This document shows, one piece after another, positions 39,901 to 47,077 of a stretch of DNA of 47,077 nt. Under the pieces are notes generated by a model. That model searched no databases. It had not been told where the DNA came from and was given only the letters and a program-made list of their open reading frames with translations. Positions within the stretch are counted from its first letter, which is position 1, and each line of letters starts with the position of its first letter. The stretch is from contig JAHJJH010000224.1 of the NCBI GenBank assembly GCA_018823105.1, positions 1 through 47,077 of the forward strand. The letters are read 5' to 3'. The position numbers and the translations under genes are program-made. This stretch comes from Verrucomicrobiota bacterium. Its GTDB lineage: Bacteria > Verrucomicrobiota > Kiritimatiellia > CAIQIC01 > JAGNIJ01.

Positions 39901-41918
39901 ATTACGGCGAGCCGGCCACGTTCTACAACGGCGTCTACGACAACGACATCGCCACCGCGCCCGACCGGGGCGACTTCGGGAAGTGGGACGACGTGGCGGA
40001 GTTGTATTTCGGGAAATATTCCGCCCTGGTCCGGCACAATCCGGACAACAACGGCGACTACACCAACGAGGGCGACACGTACGACCATACGGGCATGACC
40101 GCCGACACGATCGCCCTGTGGAAATACTTCGGGTACTACACCGAGTACTGGCTGAAGAAGACCGGGCACCCGACGAACAACAACAACGCCGCCTACGACG
40201 ACTACGGCATTGACTCACTGCGGTGCGACTTCGGGCAGGGCCTACCGCCCCAGCTCTGGGAGTACATCATCAACCGCACGCGCAAGATGAAGTGGAACTT
40301 CGTCTTCATGGCCGAGACGCTCGACGGCGGCAGCCCCGGCTACCGCTCGAACCGGCATTTCGACATCCTGAATGAGAACCTGGTCTTCCAGTTCACCCAG
40401 GCGCACATCAACTACTCGAGTTCCCTGCGCCAGGCGCTCGAGGACCGCCGCAACTCCTACAGCAGCGGGCTGGTCCTGTTGAACCTGACCGGACACGACG
40501 AGGTTATGGCGGACAACGACCCGTGGGTCGTCGCCAGCCGCTACGGGTCCGTCTCCATGGTGGACGGCCTGCCGATGATCTTCTACGGCCAGGAGTGGGG
40601 CATCGAGCAGTTCAATCCGTCGGACCCGGATAACAAGAACGACGGGTTCCTGAACTGGCACGAGCAGAACTTCGGCAAGTACATCCCGCACTTCAAGCAG
40701 TGGAACAAGCTCACCGTCTGGGAGAATCCGCCGGATAACTCCGACGGGCTGGCCCAATGGTACGGCCGCGTCAACTGGGCGCGCCTGAACTCCCCCGCCC
40801 TGCGCAGCCACAACCGCTACTTCCTCAACAAGGTCGGCGACGGCGAGGAAGGCACCATCATGGCCGCGGCGAAGTACCAGACGGCGTACGCCTCGCCAAC
40901 GACCAGCGACGTGGTGCTCGCGTTCTCGCTCTTCTTGCGGCACGGCGAGGCCCATTTCTCCTCCGCGGCCTCGTTCGACCTGACAGGCTGCTGGGGCCTG
41001 CTCGGCCTGGACACCGGCAAGACCTACCGCGTGCGCAACCTGGCCTCCAGCGACGCCTCCGCGTACCTCTCCGACGGCTGGCCGCAGACAGGCCAACAGC
41101 TCTACGACAACGGCCTCTACGTCTCGCTCGGCGGCGGCACGGTCAACCCGATCACCGACGACGGCGAGATCGTGCAGTACCTGAAGATCGAGGAATACAC
41201 CGCGACCAACCATGCGCCGGCGATCAGCCTGCCCGGCCCGCACACGGTCCCGGTCGGGTCCAGCACCGGCTTCGTCGTCAGCGCGTCGGATTCCGACGGG
41301 AATACAGTGACCCTGACGAACGCCGTGGCGCCCGCCGGGGCGACCTATGTCGGGACGAATTTCTCATGGACCGCGCTGCCGACCTCCTTCGCGAACACGA
41401 CCAACTTGCTCGTCTTCGTGGCCGACGACGGCCAGGGCGAGACGAACAGCATCGTGACCAACAGCACCGTGATCATCGTCCCGTTCGATTGGGATGCGGA
41501 CGGCATGCCGGACGGCTGGGAGTGGGACAATTTCACCACGCTGACCAACCCGCCGACGGGCGACTGGGATAACGACGGCTCGCCCAATGGGGATGAATAT
41601 GTTGCCGGAACAACACCGACCAGCGCTTCGTCGGTATTTGAAGTGCAATCGGTCACGGTTCCGGCCGGAAATACCAACTACCAGGTCCGGGTCCGGACCC
41701 AGCCGCAGCGGCACTATACGATCTACTTTGCCAACAACCTGACCAACCCCGCGGTGTGGTCGGGCTTCGGCAACACGAACAACGACGTGGGCACGTGGCT
41801 GGAGACAAATGTGGCGGAGAGCACCCACACCTTCACCGACGACCAGACCGTGAACACGTCGAGCAATCCGCCGCCGGACGGGCGCCGGTTCTACAGGTTC
41901 AAAGTGCAGCAACCTTAG
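36963..41918 (+). CDS. Large secreted multidomain GH13 alpha-amylase-family enzyme
   Basis: Signal peptide ending 'APAFG'; GH13 regions 'LDGVFNH', 'DSLRCDFGQG', 'FMAETL', 'NLTGHDE'; N-terminal repeats; C-terminal DxDxDG motifs and 'RFYRFKV'. Start uncertain (36942, 36954 or 36963). Confidence 0.85.
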   Translation: MRTRSLWAMILVPVLLAAPAFGEAYRGQMNQWGTNWMSQDTTFGSVWQVTVVATNTSATSTFKFDRKGDWTTNWGSGASYTGAVKNSNVGQCRINPNSNLTNSEVNGRSYTFRLEGEGHWWYRPFVVMETDSTPVWPLAVSDGHVQDPATNPVAVSIKMSAALSTQETVWVRYATNSDFSAARITAATGSSTNYSATLPGGHNPGARVYYYVLTSTMPSNLIAGKPDLCTLRGTNNAGANWTYRPGGGNCWHHPTNVQPGTATMRNPVTNAAPSAPVYFYDGNFFTNGWAMGNQTGATLYHRLKGSGGGWTATNAWYDSSSGNNKWWQMNIPGGAYAATNEVEYYILVSYSDYDTTYLGTTNNLASKTYVVEASAQAAAFSFRYGSSTNLGNCWHIPANVEPPGAYMRNPPYAFSNNAVYVYNGNQFQGAGNAADQSGGTLYHRLIGAGSWSATNLAFDSQQGNNKYWYSIIPVGAYKATNVVQYYLKATYTDRDTTYIGTTNAGEGSLTYGAEGDAQGNPFTFTYGGEPGTEAGYIWHNSNRVNVAAGSVQFWAKIGYAQGAGSNRWVEQACLYYTTNDASVAVSDKGTGGVNTLVQELTFDHVEEDSSENGNAMWWMGTLTGLPLTGNIRYKIGAWNGAGTQRFAEYNTEGTDNKEFVFSLYVAGADGLTVNGVNADYTTTKFFVDERAGETNYVSVQYTIPGVTAIEKAEIFSNLDRRDWADVDYNSDGTPDGINPPLGASITTNDTGAYFRAYPMQLLGGRSYCWTGTASKCGAYRLTGRYKLSGDTNWYWYSSDGRRDHAIVVSPKKALGMTLYEVNPLTVKATSNDKNGRSTFDDLLDGDPDSFTNFNLGYLNKLQVNCLWFQPIHPSAETTRGDPSGYDPGSPYATRNYFAVSSNMAADGTESGAMSEFTNFVHRCDTNATSVGTINIMLDGVFNHTAWDAVMGQGGVDLGYAATADQSMPGNRPGWYSYWEDYGEPATFYNGVYDNDIATAPDRGDFGKWDDVAELYFGKYSALVRHNPDNNGDYTNEGDTYDHTGMTADTIALWKYFGYYTEYWLKKTGHPTNNNNAAYDDYGIDSLRCDFGQGLPPQLWEYIINRTRKMKWNFVFMAETLDGGSPGYRSNRHFDILNENLVFQFTQAHINYSSSLRQALEDRRNSYSSGLVLLNLTGHDEVMADNDPWVVASRYGSVSMVDGLPMIFYGQEWGIEQFNPSDPDNKNDGFLNWHEQNFGKYIPHFKQWNKLTVWENPPDNSDGLAQWYGRVNWARLNSPALRSHNRYFLNKVGDGEEGTIMAAAKYQTAYASPTTSDVVLAFSLFLRHGEAHFSSAASFDLTGCWGLLGLDTGKTYRVRNLASSDASAYLSDGWPQTGQQLYDNGLYVSLGGGTVNPITDDGEIVQYLKIEEYTATNHAPAISLPGPHTVPVGSSTGFVVSASDSDGNTVTLTNAVAPAGATYVGTNFSWTALPTSFANTTNLLVFVADDGQGETNSIVTNSTVIIVPFDWDADGMPDGWEWDNFTTLTNPPTGDWDNDGSPNGDEYVAGTTPTSASSVFEVQSVTVPAGNTNYQVRVRTQPQRHYTIYFANNLTNPAVWSGFGNTNNDVGTWLETNVAESTHTFTDDQTVNTSSNPPPDGRRFYRFKVQQP

Positions 41919-41975
41919 CTCCGGCCCAAGGTCATCTTCGCCCGGCTCCAATACCGGGGGGCCATCGCATCCCCG

Positions 41976-42004
41976 TTGCATAATGCCGGCGGCGATGCTA
42001 TGGT
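41976..42004 (+). promoter_or_regulatory. Putative sigma-70-type promoter of the ftsH operon
   Basis: TTGCAT-N17-TATGGT with extended TG, ~36 nt before ATG 42041. Confidence 0.4.
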
Positions 42005-42040
42005 TCCGCACCGAAAAGCATGGGAGCGTCTTGAACCAGC

Positions 42041-44002
42041 ATGGAACCTCCGATTTACAGTCCGAAGGATAGCGGATCGAAAAAGACCAATGTCCCCCTG
42101 CGCGGACTGGCCTTGTGGCTGCTGCTGCTGGCGCTGTTCCTGACGGTGTACCAGATGTTCTCACAGCAGCAGGACCGCTACGAGCGCGTCCCGTACAGCC
42201 CGGACTTCATTGAGCTGGTCAGTCAGCATCGCATTCGAAGGGCGGAGGTAGTCGTCGAGGTGTCCGGGCTTCACTACGTGCGAGGGGAGTTGCTCGACGT
42301 GGACGCGCGCACCAAGCGCCCCCGACGGTTCCGGACGGAGATCGTGGTCGGGGACGACCTGATCCGTTTCCTGCGGGAGAACGGGGTCCCGTTCGCGTTC
42401 AAGGCACAGAATCCGTATATCTGGCAACTCGTCTCCGGGGCCGTGCCGTTCCTGCTGGTGCTGGGTCTGCTGTACTTCCTGTTCGTACGGCAGATGCGCA
42501 TGGCGGGCCGCGGGGCGATGAGCTTCGGCAAGAGCCGGGCCCGGCTGATGAGCCGGGAGCGCAACAAGGTCACGTTCGCGGACGTCGCGGGCATTGACGA
42601 GGCCAAGGAGGAGGTGCAGGAGATCATCGAGTTCCTGCGCGATCCCAAGCGCTTCCAGAGGCTGGGCGGTCGCATCCCCAAGGGCGTGATCCTGGTGGGC
42701 CCGCCGGGTACCGGCAAGACGCTGCTGGCCAAGGCCATTGCCGGCGAGGCGCAGGTGCCTTTCTTCAGCATCAGCGGTTCGGACTTCGTGGAGATGTTCG
42801 TCGGCGTGGGCGCCAGCCGCGTGCGCGACATGTTCGAGCAGGGCAAGAAAAATGCGCCCTGCATCATCTTCGTGGACGAGATTGACGCCGTGGGCCGCAG
42901 CCGGTTCAGCGGCATCGGCGGCGGGCACGACGAGCGGGAACAGACCCTCAACGCCCTGCTCGTGGAGATGGACGGCTTCGACACGCAGGAGGGCGTCATC
43001 ATCATCGCGGCCACCAACCGGCCGGACGTGCTCGATCCCGCGCTGCTCCGGCCGGGCCGGTTCGACCGCCAGATCGTCATTGACCTGCCGGGCCTGGAGG
43101 GGCGCGAGGCGATCCTGCGGATCCACGCGCGCCGGGTGAAGTTGACGCCGAACACGGATCTGCACCGGATCGCGCGCGGGACGCCGGGGTTCTCGGGCGC
43201 GGACCTCTCCAACCTGATCAACGAAGCCGCGCTCCTGGCCGCGCGCAACAACCTCGAGGCCGTCACCGTGCGGGAACTGGAGGAGGCGCGCGACAAGGTC
43301 CGCTGGGGCCGCGAGCGCCGCAGCCGCGTGCTGGACGACAAGGAAAAGAGCCTGACCGCCTACCACGAGGCCGGCCACGCCGTGCTGCTGCACCTGGTGG
43401 AAGGATGCGAGCCGCTGCACAAGGTCACCATCATCCCGCGCGGGACGGCGCTCGGCGCGACCATGCAACTGCCGGAGAAGGACCGCTACACGGAGAGCCG
43501 CACCAAGCTGCTGGCGGTCCTGGTCGGCCTGATGGGCGGGCGCACGTCGGAGGAACTCGTCTTCGGCGATATCACAACGGGCGCGCACAATGACATCAAG
43601 CAGGCCACGCACATCGCCCGCATGATGGTCTGCGAGTGGGGCATGAGCGAAGCGCTGGGCCCGCTCAGCTTCGGCCAGCGCGAGGAACTGCTTTTCCTGG
43701 GCCGCGAGATCTCCCGCACCAACGAGATCAGCGAGGATACCGCCCGCAAGATTGACGAGGAAGTCAGCCGGATCGTCCGCGAGGCCCACGAGAAGGCGCT
43801 GAACATTCTCCGCGCGAACCGCGAGAGCCTGGACCGCGTGGCGCAGTTGCTGCTGGAACGGGAGACGCTGGACGGCCGCGAGGTGGGGGAGATCGTAAAA
43901 CACGGGCGGATTCTTTCCGAGGCCGAGCGGGCGGAAACCGACGGGCCAAAGAAGGATTCCCCGGAGGCCGGGACCGGCGAATCACCCGCCCTCTCCGCCT
44001 GA
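42041..44002 (+). CDS. ftsH: ATP-dependent zinc metalloprotease FtsH
   Basis: Two TM helices, Walker A 'GPPGTGKT', 'IFVDEID', SRH '[20 protein letters not shown]', 'HEAGH'. Confidence 0.97.
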   Translation: MEPPIYSPKDSGSKKTNVPLRGLALWLLLLALFLTVYQMFSQQQDRYERVPYSPDFIELVSQHRIRRAEVVVEVSGLHYVRGELLDVDARTKRPRRFRTEIVVGDDLIRFLRENGVPFAFKAQNPYIWQLVSGAVPFLLVLGLLYFLFVRQMRMAGRGAMSFGKSRARLMSRERNKVTFADVAGIDEAKEEVQEIIEFLRDPKRFQRLGGRIPKGVILVGPPGTGKTLLAKAIAGEAQVPFFSISGSDFVEMFVGVGASRVRDMFEQGKKNAPCIIFVDEIDAVGRSRFSGIGGGHDEREQTLNALLVEMDGFDTQEGVIIIAATNRPDVLDPALLRPGRFDRQIVIDLPGLEGREAILRIHARRVKLTPNTDLHRIARGTPGFSGADLSNLINEAALLAARNNLEAVTVRELEEARDKVRWGRERRSRVLDDKEKSLTAYHEAGHAVLLHLVEGCEPLHKVTIIPRGTALGATMQLPEKDRYTESRTKLLAVLVGLMGGRTSEELVFGDITTGAHNDIKQATHIARMMVCEWGMSEALGPLSFGQREELLFLGREISRTNEISEDTARKIDEEVSRIVREAHEKALNILRANRESLDRVAQLLLERETLDGREVGEIVKHGRILSEAERAETDGPKKDSPEAGTGESPALSA

Positions 44003-44056
44003 CGCCCCCGTCGAACGGCGTCGCGCTCCGGAGTATCCACGGTCCGGGACCATGGC

Positions 44057-44917
44057 ATGAGCGACAGTCGCACACTTCTATGGGCCGCGAGGGAGCGGCG
44101 TTTTGAGCTCGGGCGACGCACCCTTCTCATGGGCGTGCTGAATGTCACGCCGGATTCTTTTTCCGACGGCGGCCGATTCCTCGATCCCAAGCGCGCCGCG
44201 GAGCAGGCCCGGCGCATGATCGCCGAGGGCGCGGACCTGCTGGACATCGGCGGGGAATCCACGCGGCCGGGCGCGGCGCCGGTGCCGGCGGACGAGGAAC
44301 TTCACCGGGTGCTCCCGGTGATCGAGGCGATCCGGGCCGGGAGTGACATTCCCCTCTCCGTGGACACCCGCAAGGCGGCGGTGGCCAGCCGCGCGCTGGA
44401 AGCCGGCGCGGACATCATCAACGACGTCTCCGCCCTGACGGCCGACCCCGGGATGCCCGAAGTGGCCGCGCGGTACCGCGCGGGCGTCATCCTGATGCAC
44501 ATGCAGGGCGCCCCCCCGACCATGCAGGCCTCCCCTCAGTACGAGCAGGTTGTGCAGGAAGTCCGCGACTACCTGGCGGCCCGGCTGGAAGCCCTGGCGG
44601 CCTGCGGCCTCGCGCGAGAGTCCATGGCCGTGGATCCCGGCATCGGCTTCGGTAAGACGCTCGAACACAATGTGCAACTCCTGGCCCGGTTGGAGACGCT
44701 GACCGCCCTGGGCCGGCCGCTGATCCTCGGAGTTTCCCGTAAAAGCTTCCTGGGCCGGATCACGGGCCGCGAGATGGGCGACCGGCTCGCGGGCAGCTTG
44801 GCGGCGGCCGCCTGGGCCATCGCCCGGGGGGCGCACGTGATTCGCGCGCACGACATAAAGGAGACTTGCGATATGGTCCGTGTCGTGGATATGTTGAGGC
44901 AGGAAAGCGTGACGTGA
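44057..44917 (+). CDS. folP: Dihydropteroate synthase
   Basis: 'MGVLNVTPDSFSDGG', 'DIGGESTRPG', 'DPGIGFGK', 'SRKSF', 'RAHD'. Confidence 0.96.
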   Translation: MSDSRTLLWAARERRFELGRRTLLMGVLNVTPDSFSDGGRFLDPKRAAEQARRMIAEGADLLDIGGESTRPGAAPVPADEELHRVLPVIEAIRAGSDIPLSVDTRKAAVASRALEAGADIINDVSALTADPGMPEVAARYRAGVILMHMQGAPPTMQASPQYEQVVQEVRDYLAARLEALAACGLARESMAVDPGIGFGKTLEHNVQLLARLETLTALGRPLILGVSRKSFLGRITGREMGDRLAGSLAAAAWAIARGAHVIRAHDIKETCDMVRVVDMLRQESVT

Positions 44918-45780
44918 ACTTTCTGAACCAGATCCAGTGGCCGGGGCCGACCGGCCTGCTGGAGATCGCCTTGTTCGCCTTCGCCTTTTACTACGTCATC
45001 AAGTTCTTCCAGGGCACCCGCGGCGTCCAAATTTTATTCGGGCTGGCGGTGGTGCTGGTCGTGCTCATCGTGCTGACCAAGGTCCTGCGGCTGGACACGG
45101 TGAACTGGCTGGTCGCGCGGGCCTCGTTATACGTGGCGGTGGCGCTGGTCATCATTTTCCAGCCGGAGATCCGCCGGGCGCTGGCGGAGCTCGGCAAGCC
45201 CCACGTCTTCGCTCCGGCGCCGTCGGAACGCCACGTGGTGGACCATATCGTACACGCCGCGCTCATGCTCTCGGAACGCAAGATCGGCGCGCTGATGGCC
45301 GTCGAGCGCGAGATCGGGACGCGGGCGGTGCACGAGACCGGCGTGCGCCTCGACAGCCTGGTCACGCCGGAGCTGCTGGCCAGCATCTTCTATCCGCACA
45401 CCCCCCTCCACGACGGCGGGGTGCTGATCCGGGGTAATCGCGTGGTCGCCGCCGGCTGCATGTTCCCCCTTTCCGCGCGCGAGGAAATCAGCAAGGCCCT
45501 CGGCACGCGGCATCGCGCGGCCGTGGGCCTGACCGAGGAAACGGATGCCATCGTCGTCGTGATCTCGGAGGAGACGGGTACCATCTCCGTGGCCTACAAG
45601 GGCCGCTTGAGCCGCGGCCTGGACGAGGAGCGGCTGCGACGCATGCTGGCGGCGGTGCTCCTCAAGGCGCCCCGCCCGCAAAGCCGGATGGGCCGCGTCA
45701 AGGAGCAGCTCGACCTGACGCCGGAGGGCGTGGCCAAGACCGAGGCGGCCCGGCAGGAGGAGGACCCGCCCCGTGCCTGA
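44914..45780 (+). CDS. cdaA: Membrane diadenylate cyclase (CdaA/DacA)
   Basis: GTG 44914 overlaps the folP stop; three TM helices; 'IIFQPEIRRALAELG', 'TPLHDGG', 'GTRHRAAVG', 'VISEETG'. Confidence 0.92.
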   Translation: MNFLNQIQWPGPTGLLEIALFAFAFYYVIKFFQGTRGVQILFGLAVVLVVLIVLTKVLRLDTVNWLVARASLYVAVALVIIFQPEIRRALAELGKPHVFAPAPSERHVVDHIVHAALMLSERKIGALMAVEREIGTRAVHETGVRLDSLVTPELLASIFYPHTPLHDGGVLIRGNRVVAAGCMFPLSAREEISKALGTRHRAAVGLTEETDAIVVVISEETGTISVAYKGRLSRGLDEERLRRMLAAVLLKAPRPQSRMGRVKEQLDLTPEGVAKTEAARQEEDPPRA

Positions 45781-46735
45781 CTGGGTGTCCAGACTCCGGG
45801 ATATCCTCCAACGCCACTGGGGCGGCAAGGTGGCCGCCGTGGTCCTGGCGACCGCGACGTGGTACGGGATCCAATCCGTCATCAACTTCGAAACGCGCAT
45901 CCGCGAGGTGCCCGTGAACCTGGTCCTGCCCGACGGCTGGGCCACCCTCGACCGGTCCGCCTCCACGGTGGATATCGTCTTCCGCGGCTCGCAGGAGGAC
46001 ATCCGCTTCCTGAACCGCGACCAGGTCAAGGTCGAGCTGGACCTTCGTCAGAAGGTCCTGAACGGGACCAATCTTCTCACGCGCGTCAAGATTCTGCCGA
46101 AGCACGTCAACGCGCCCAGCGCCGTCCGGCCGATCCAGATCCGCCCGGCCGAGATCACCGTGAGCCTGGACCGCCAGGAGGAAAAGACGGTGCCGGTCAA
46201 GGCGGATTTCCAAGGCAGCCCCGCCGAGGAATACGAGGTGGAGCGCTGGGCCTGCGCGCCGACCGCCGTAGCCATCTCCGGCCCGCGCAGCCGTTTGTTG
46301 AGAATCGAGTCGGTCACCACGGCACCGATCGACCTGGAGGGCCGCACCAAGTCGTTCCGCAAAACGCGCGTGCCGGTGCAGTTGCCGCCCGAAACGGTGC
46401 TGGTCGAATCCAGTCCCGGCCAGGTGACGGTGGAGGTGACCATGGGAGAGCGCACGACCACCGAGGTGTGGCCCGGCGTGCCGGTGGACGTGCTGACCGC
46501 GCCGGGCCCGCGGGAGCATGTGCAGGTGGTGCCGACCGAAGTCACGGTGTCCGTTCGCGGTCGGGCCGAGGTCTTGAAAAAAATGGACGCGCGCGATATC
46601 CGCGTGTATGCGGACGGCTCGGAAGTGGAAAAGAGCGGGGCCTACGATCTGCCCGTGCGGGTCCACGCGCCGCCGGCACTGGCGGTGTTCAAGATTGATC
46701 CGGCCGTGGTCAGGGTAACGCTGGGGGATCGTTGA
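45773..46735 (+). CDS. cdaR: CdaR/YbbR-domain regulator of diadenylate cyclase
   Basis: N-terminal anchor 'KVAAVVLATATW' and three YbbR-like units ('TVDIVFRG', 'PTAVAISGP', 'PTEVTVSVRG'); directly follows cdaA. Confidence 0.88.
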   Translation: MPDWVSRLRDILQRHWGGKVAAVVLATATWYGIQSVINFETRIREVPVNLVLPDGWATLDRSASTVDIVFRGSQEDIRFLNRDQVKVELDLRQKVLNGTNLLTRVKILPKHVNAPSAVRPIQIRPAEITVSLDRQEEKTVPVKADFQGSPAEEYEVERWACAPTAVAISGPRSRLLRIESVTTAPIDLEGRTKSFRKTRVPVQLPPETVLVESSPGQVTVEVTMGERTTTEVWPGVPVDVLTAPGPREHVQVVPTEVTVSVRGRAEVLKKMDARDIRVYADGSEVEKSGAYDLPVRVHAPPALAVFKIDPAVVRVTLGDR

Positions 46736-47077
46736 TGCACTTGCTCCGCCATACGCTGGCGGCACTGCTTGGCGCATGCCTGCTGGCCAGCGCCCTGGCC
46801 GCGCCGGCCGATGCCGACCTGATGATCTTCGCGTTCGCCAGTTGGGCCAAAGCGGCCGAACCCCGGCGCCGGCCGAGATCCCGCCGGACATGCCCGCGCG
46901 GACCCGCGCCGAGCTTCGCGAGATCAACCGCCGCCTGGACCAGGGCTACGGGAACATGAGCCGCGGCCGTTATCAGGAGGCCCTCTCGCAATTCCGCAGC
47001 GTGTTGAAGTTCGATCCCGCCAGCCACCGCGCTCGTTTCGGTCTCGGAAACGTGATGATCCAACTCCAGCAGTTCGA
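46735..47077 (+). CDS. Secreted TPR-repeat protein, apparently frameshifted and truncated at window end
   Basis: Signal peptide in the 46735 frame; TPR-like 'GYGNMSRGRYQEALSQFRSVLKFDPASHRARFGLGNVMIQLQQF' lies in a different frame, open to the window end. Confidence 0.6.

Noticed and set aside
36750-40169. 1139-aa antisense ORF, and similar long shadow ORFs (1016-3247, 4716-6422, 10247-11908, 31236-33554, 42161-43903)
   Set aside because: They lie opposite well-supported genes, have no recognisable motifs, and are expected in high-GC DNA with strong codon bias.

Overview
High-GC bacterial chromosomal window, mostly housekeeping genes. Gene content (RpiB-GlyA fusion, TN-rich secreted protein ending in an RFYR motif) suggests a PVC-group organism such as Kiritimatiellota or Lentisphaerota (inference only). 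Recognisable genes: glgX, a neopullulanase-type GH13, cutA, purA-uppS-cdsA-rseP, thrC, purD-purE, ftsH-folP-cdaA-cdaR, a PP2C/STAS/anti-sigma partner-switching set, a FIST plus hybrid histidine kinase pair and a ~1650-aa secreted multidomain GH13. Most notable observations: (1) a ~3.9-kb three-gene surface-modification cassette bounded by 77-bp degenerate direct repeats that copy the promoter, RBS and first codons of the GH13 gene, with an unannotated integron-integrase-like remnant just inside the right repeat; (2) a translationally coupled pair of SPFH proteins, each with three tandem N-terminal repeats (HflKC-like pairing, vault-like layout); (3) an LMW-phosphatase/RpiB/SHMT triple fusion; (4) a secreted 12x DxxG[DN]DxY repeat protein coupled to a secreted HEAT protein; (5) a probably inactive CtpA-like pseudoprotease; (6) several GTAG-type REP-like elements, one cluster read in-frame by purE. 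No rRNA, tRNA or CRISPR array was found.
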